From: Chiloscyllium plagiosum
Lineage: Eukaryota
Assembly: GCF_004010195.1 (NCBI RefSeq)
Contig: NC_057753.1
Span: 13,071,446-13,135,445, forward strand
Length of the DNA: 64,000 nucleotides
Direction: 5' to 3'
Shown: one piece after another, positions 63,901 to 64,000 of the stretch
How the letters are laid out: each line of letters begins with the position of its first letter
Position numbering within the stretch: position 1 is the stretch's first letter
Notes under the pieces: model-generated
What the model saw: only the letters and a program-made list of their open reading frames with translations
Databases searched by the model: none
Told to the model about the DNA's origin: nothing
Translations under genes and position numbers: made by a program

Positions 63901-64000
63901 ATGGAAACCAAGAGGAGAATGTGTTGCTGATTACAACACAGAGGAAATAACCAAGTTCAGAGGATTCTGAATTGGACATTCCTCAAATTAAATTGGCTAA
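61000..64000 (+). mobile_element. Decayed Ty3/gypsy element of Gmr1-like organisation (gag-PR-INT), running off the window
   Basis: Zn knuckle YFHCKEVGYIKSQC (about 61530-61572); protease ILSDTGSFQSM (about 61797-61830); integrase Zn finger ELPLRGYYGVRKTQAKIQKQFYWPGLHKDV (62728-62943); core DCAGPLP..LLTIMHVSTRFP, DWDNKIPFVHFAIRD..FSPFKLDFG; GPY near 63785. No RT lies between PR and INT. Confidence 0.88.
61850..62182 (+). mobile_element. CR1-type LINE 3' fragment inserted into the gypsy relic
   Basis: aagatgatcagaggattagatagg...gcctgtactgcgctgtattgttctgtgttctatgt. Confidence 0.85.

Noticed and set aside
1-64000. CRISPR arrays, rRNA or tRNA genes, TCR C exons, intact D/J clusters
   Set aside because: None seen; the tRNA-like boxes belong to SINE heads, and no FGxG J segments with good 12-RSSs were found.

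Overview
AT-rich vertebrate genomic DNA, almost certainly from a shark (elasmobranch-type CR1 LINEs, HE1-like SINEs, Penelope and gypsy LTR elements), covering part of the V-segment array of a T-cell receptor alpha/delta-type locus. On the minus strand there are two intact leader+V genes with canonical 23-bp-spacer RSSs (48540-49073, 51449-51929). There are also about eight V pseudogenes or relics in both orientations, including a V with an extra CDR1 Cys and an upstream J-like remnant, resembling a decayed NAR-TCR supporting-Vdelta cassette (about 1.5-2.15 kb). Embedded among the V segments is a duplicated two-exon rhodopsin-class GPCR of the GPR139/GPR142-like group: one intact 322-aa gene (24642-27003) and one pseudogene (6284-8213). 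Also present are a decayed endogenous retrovirus with an env resembling the lokiretrovirus type plus a local inverted duplication, a Gmr1-like gypsy relic, solo LTRs, many CR1 fragments and a 500-N gap. All calls were made by eye from the sequence and the ORF track; no database searches were run, and repeat boundaries are approximate.
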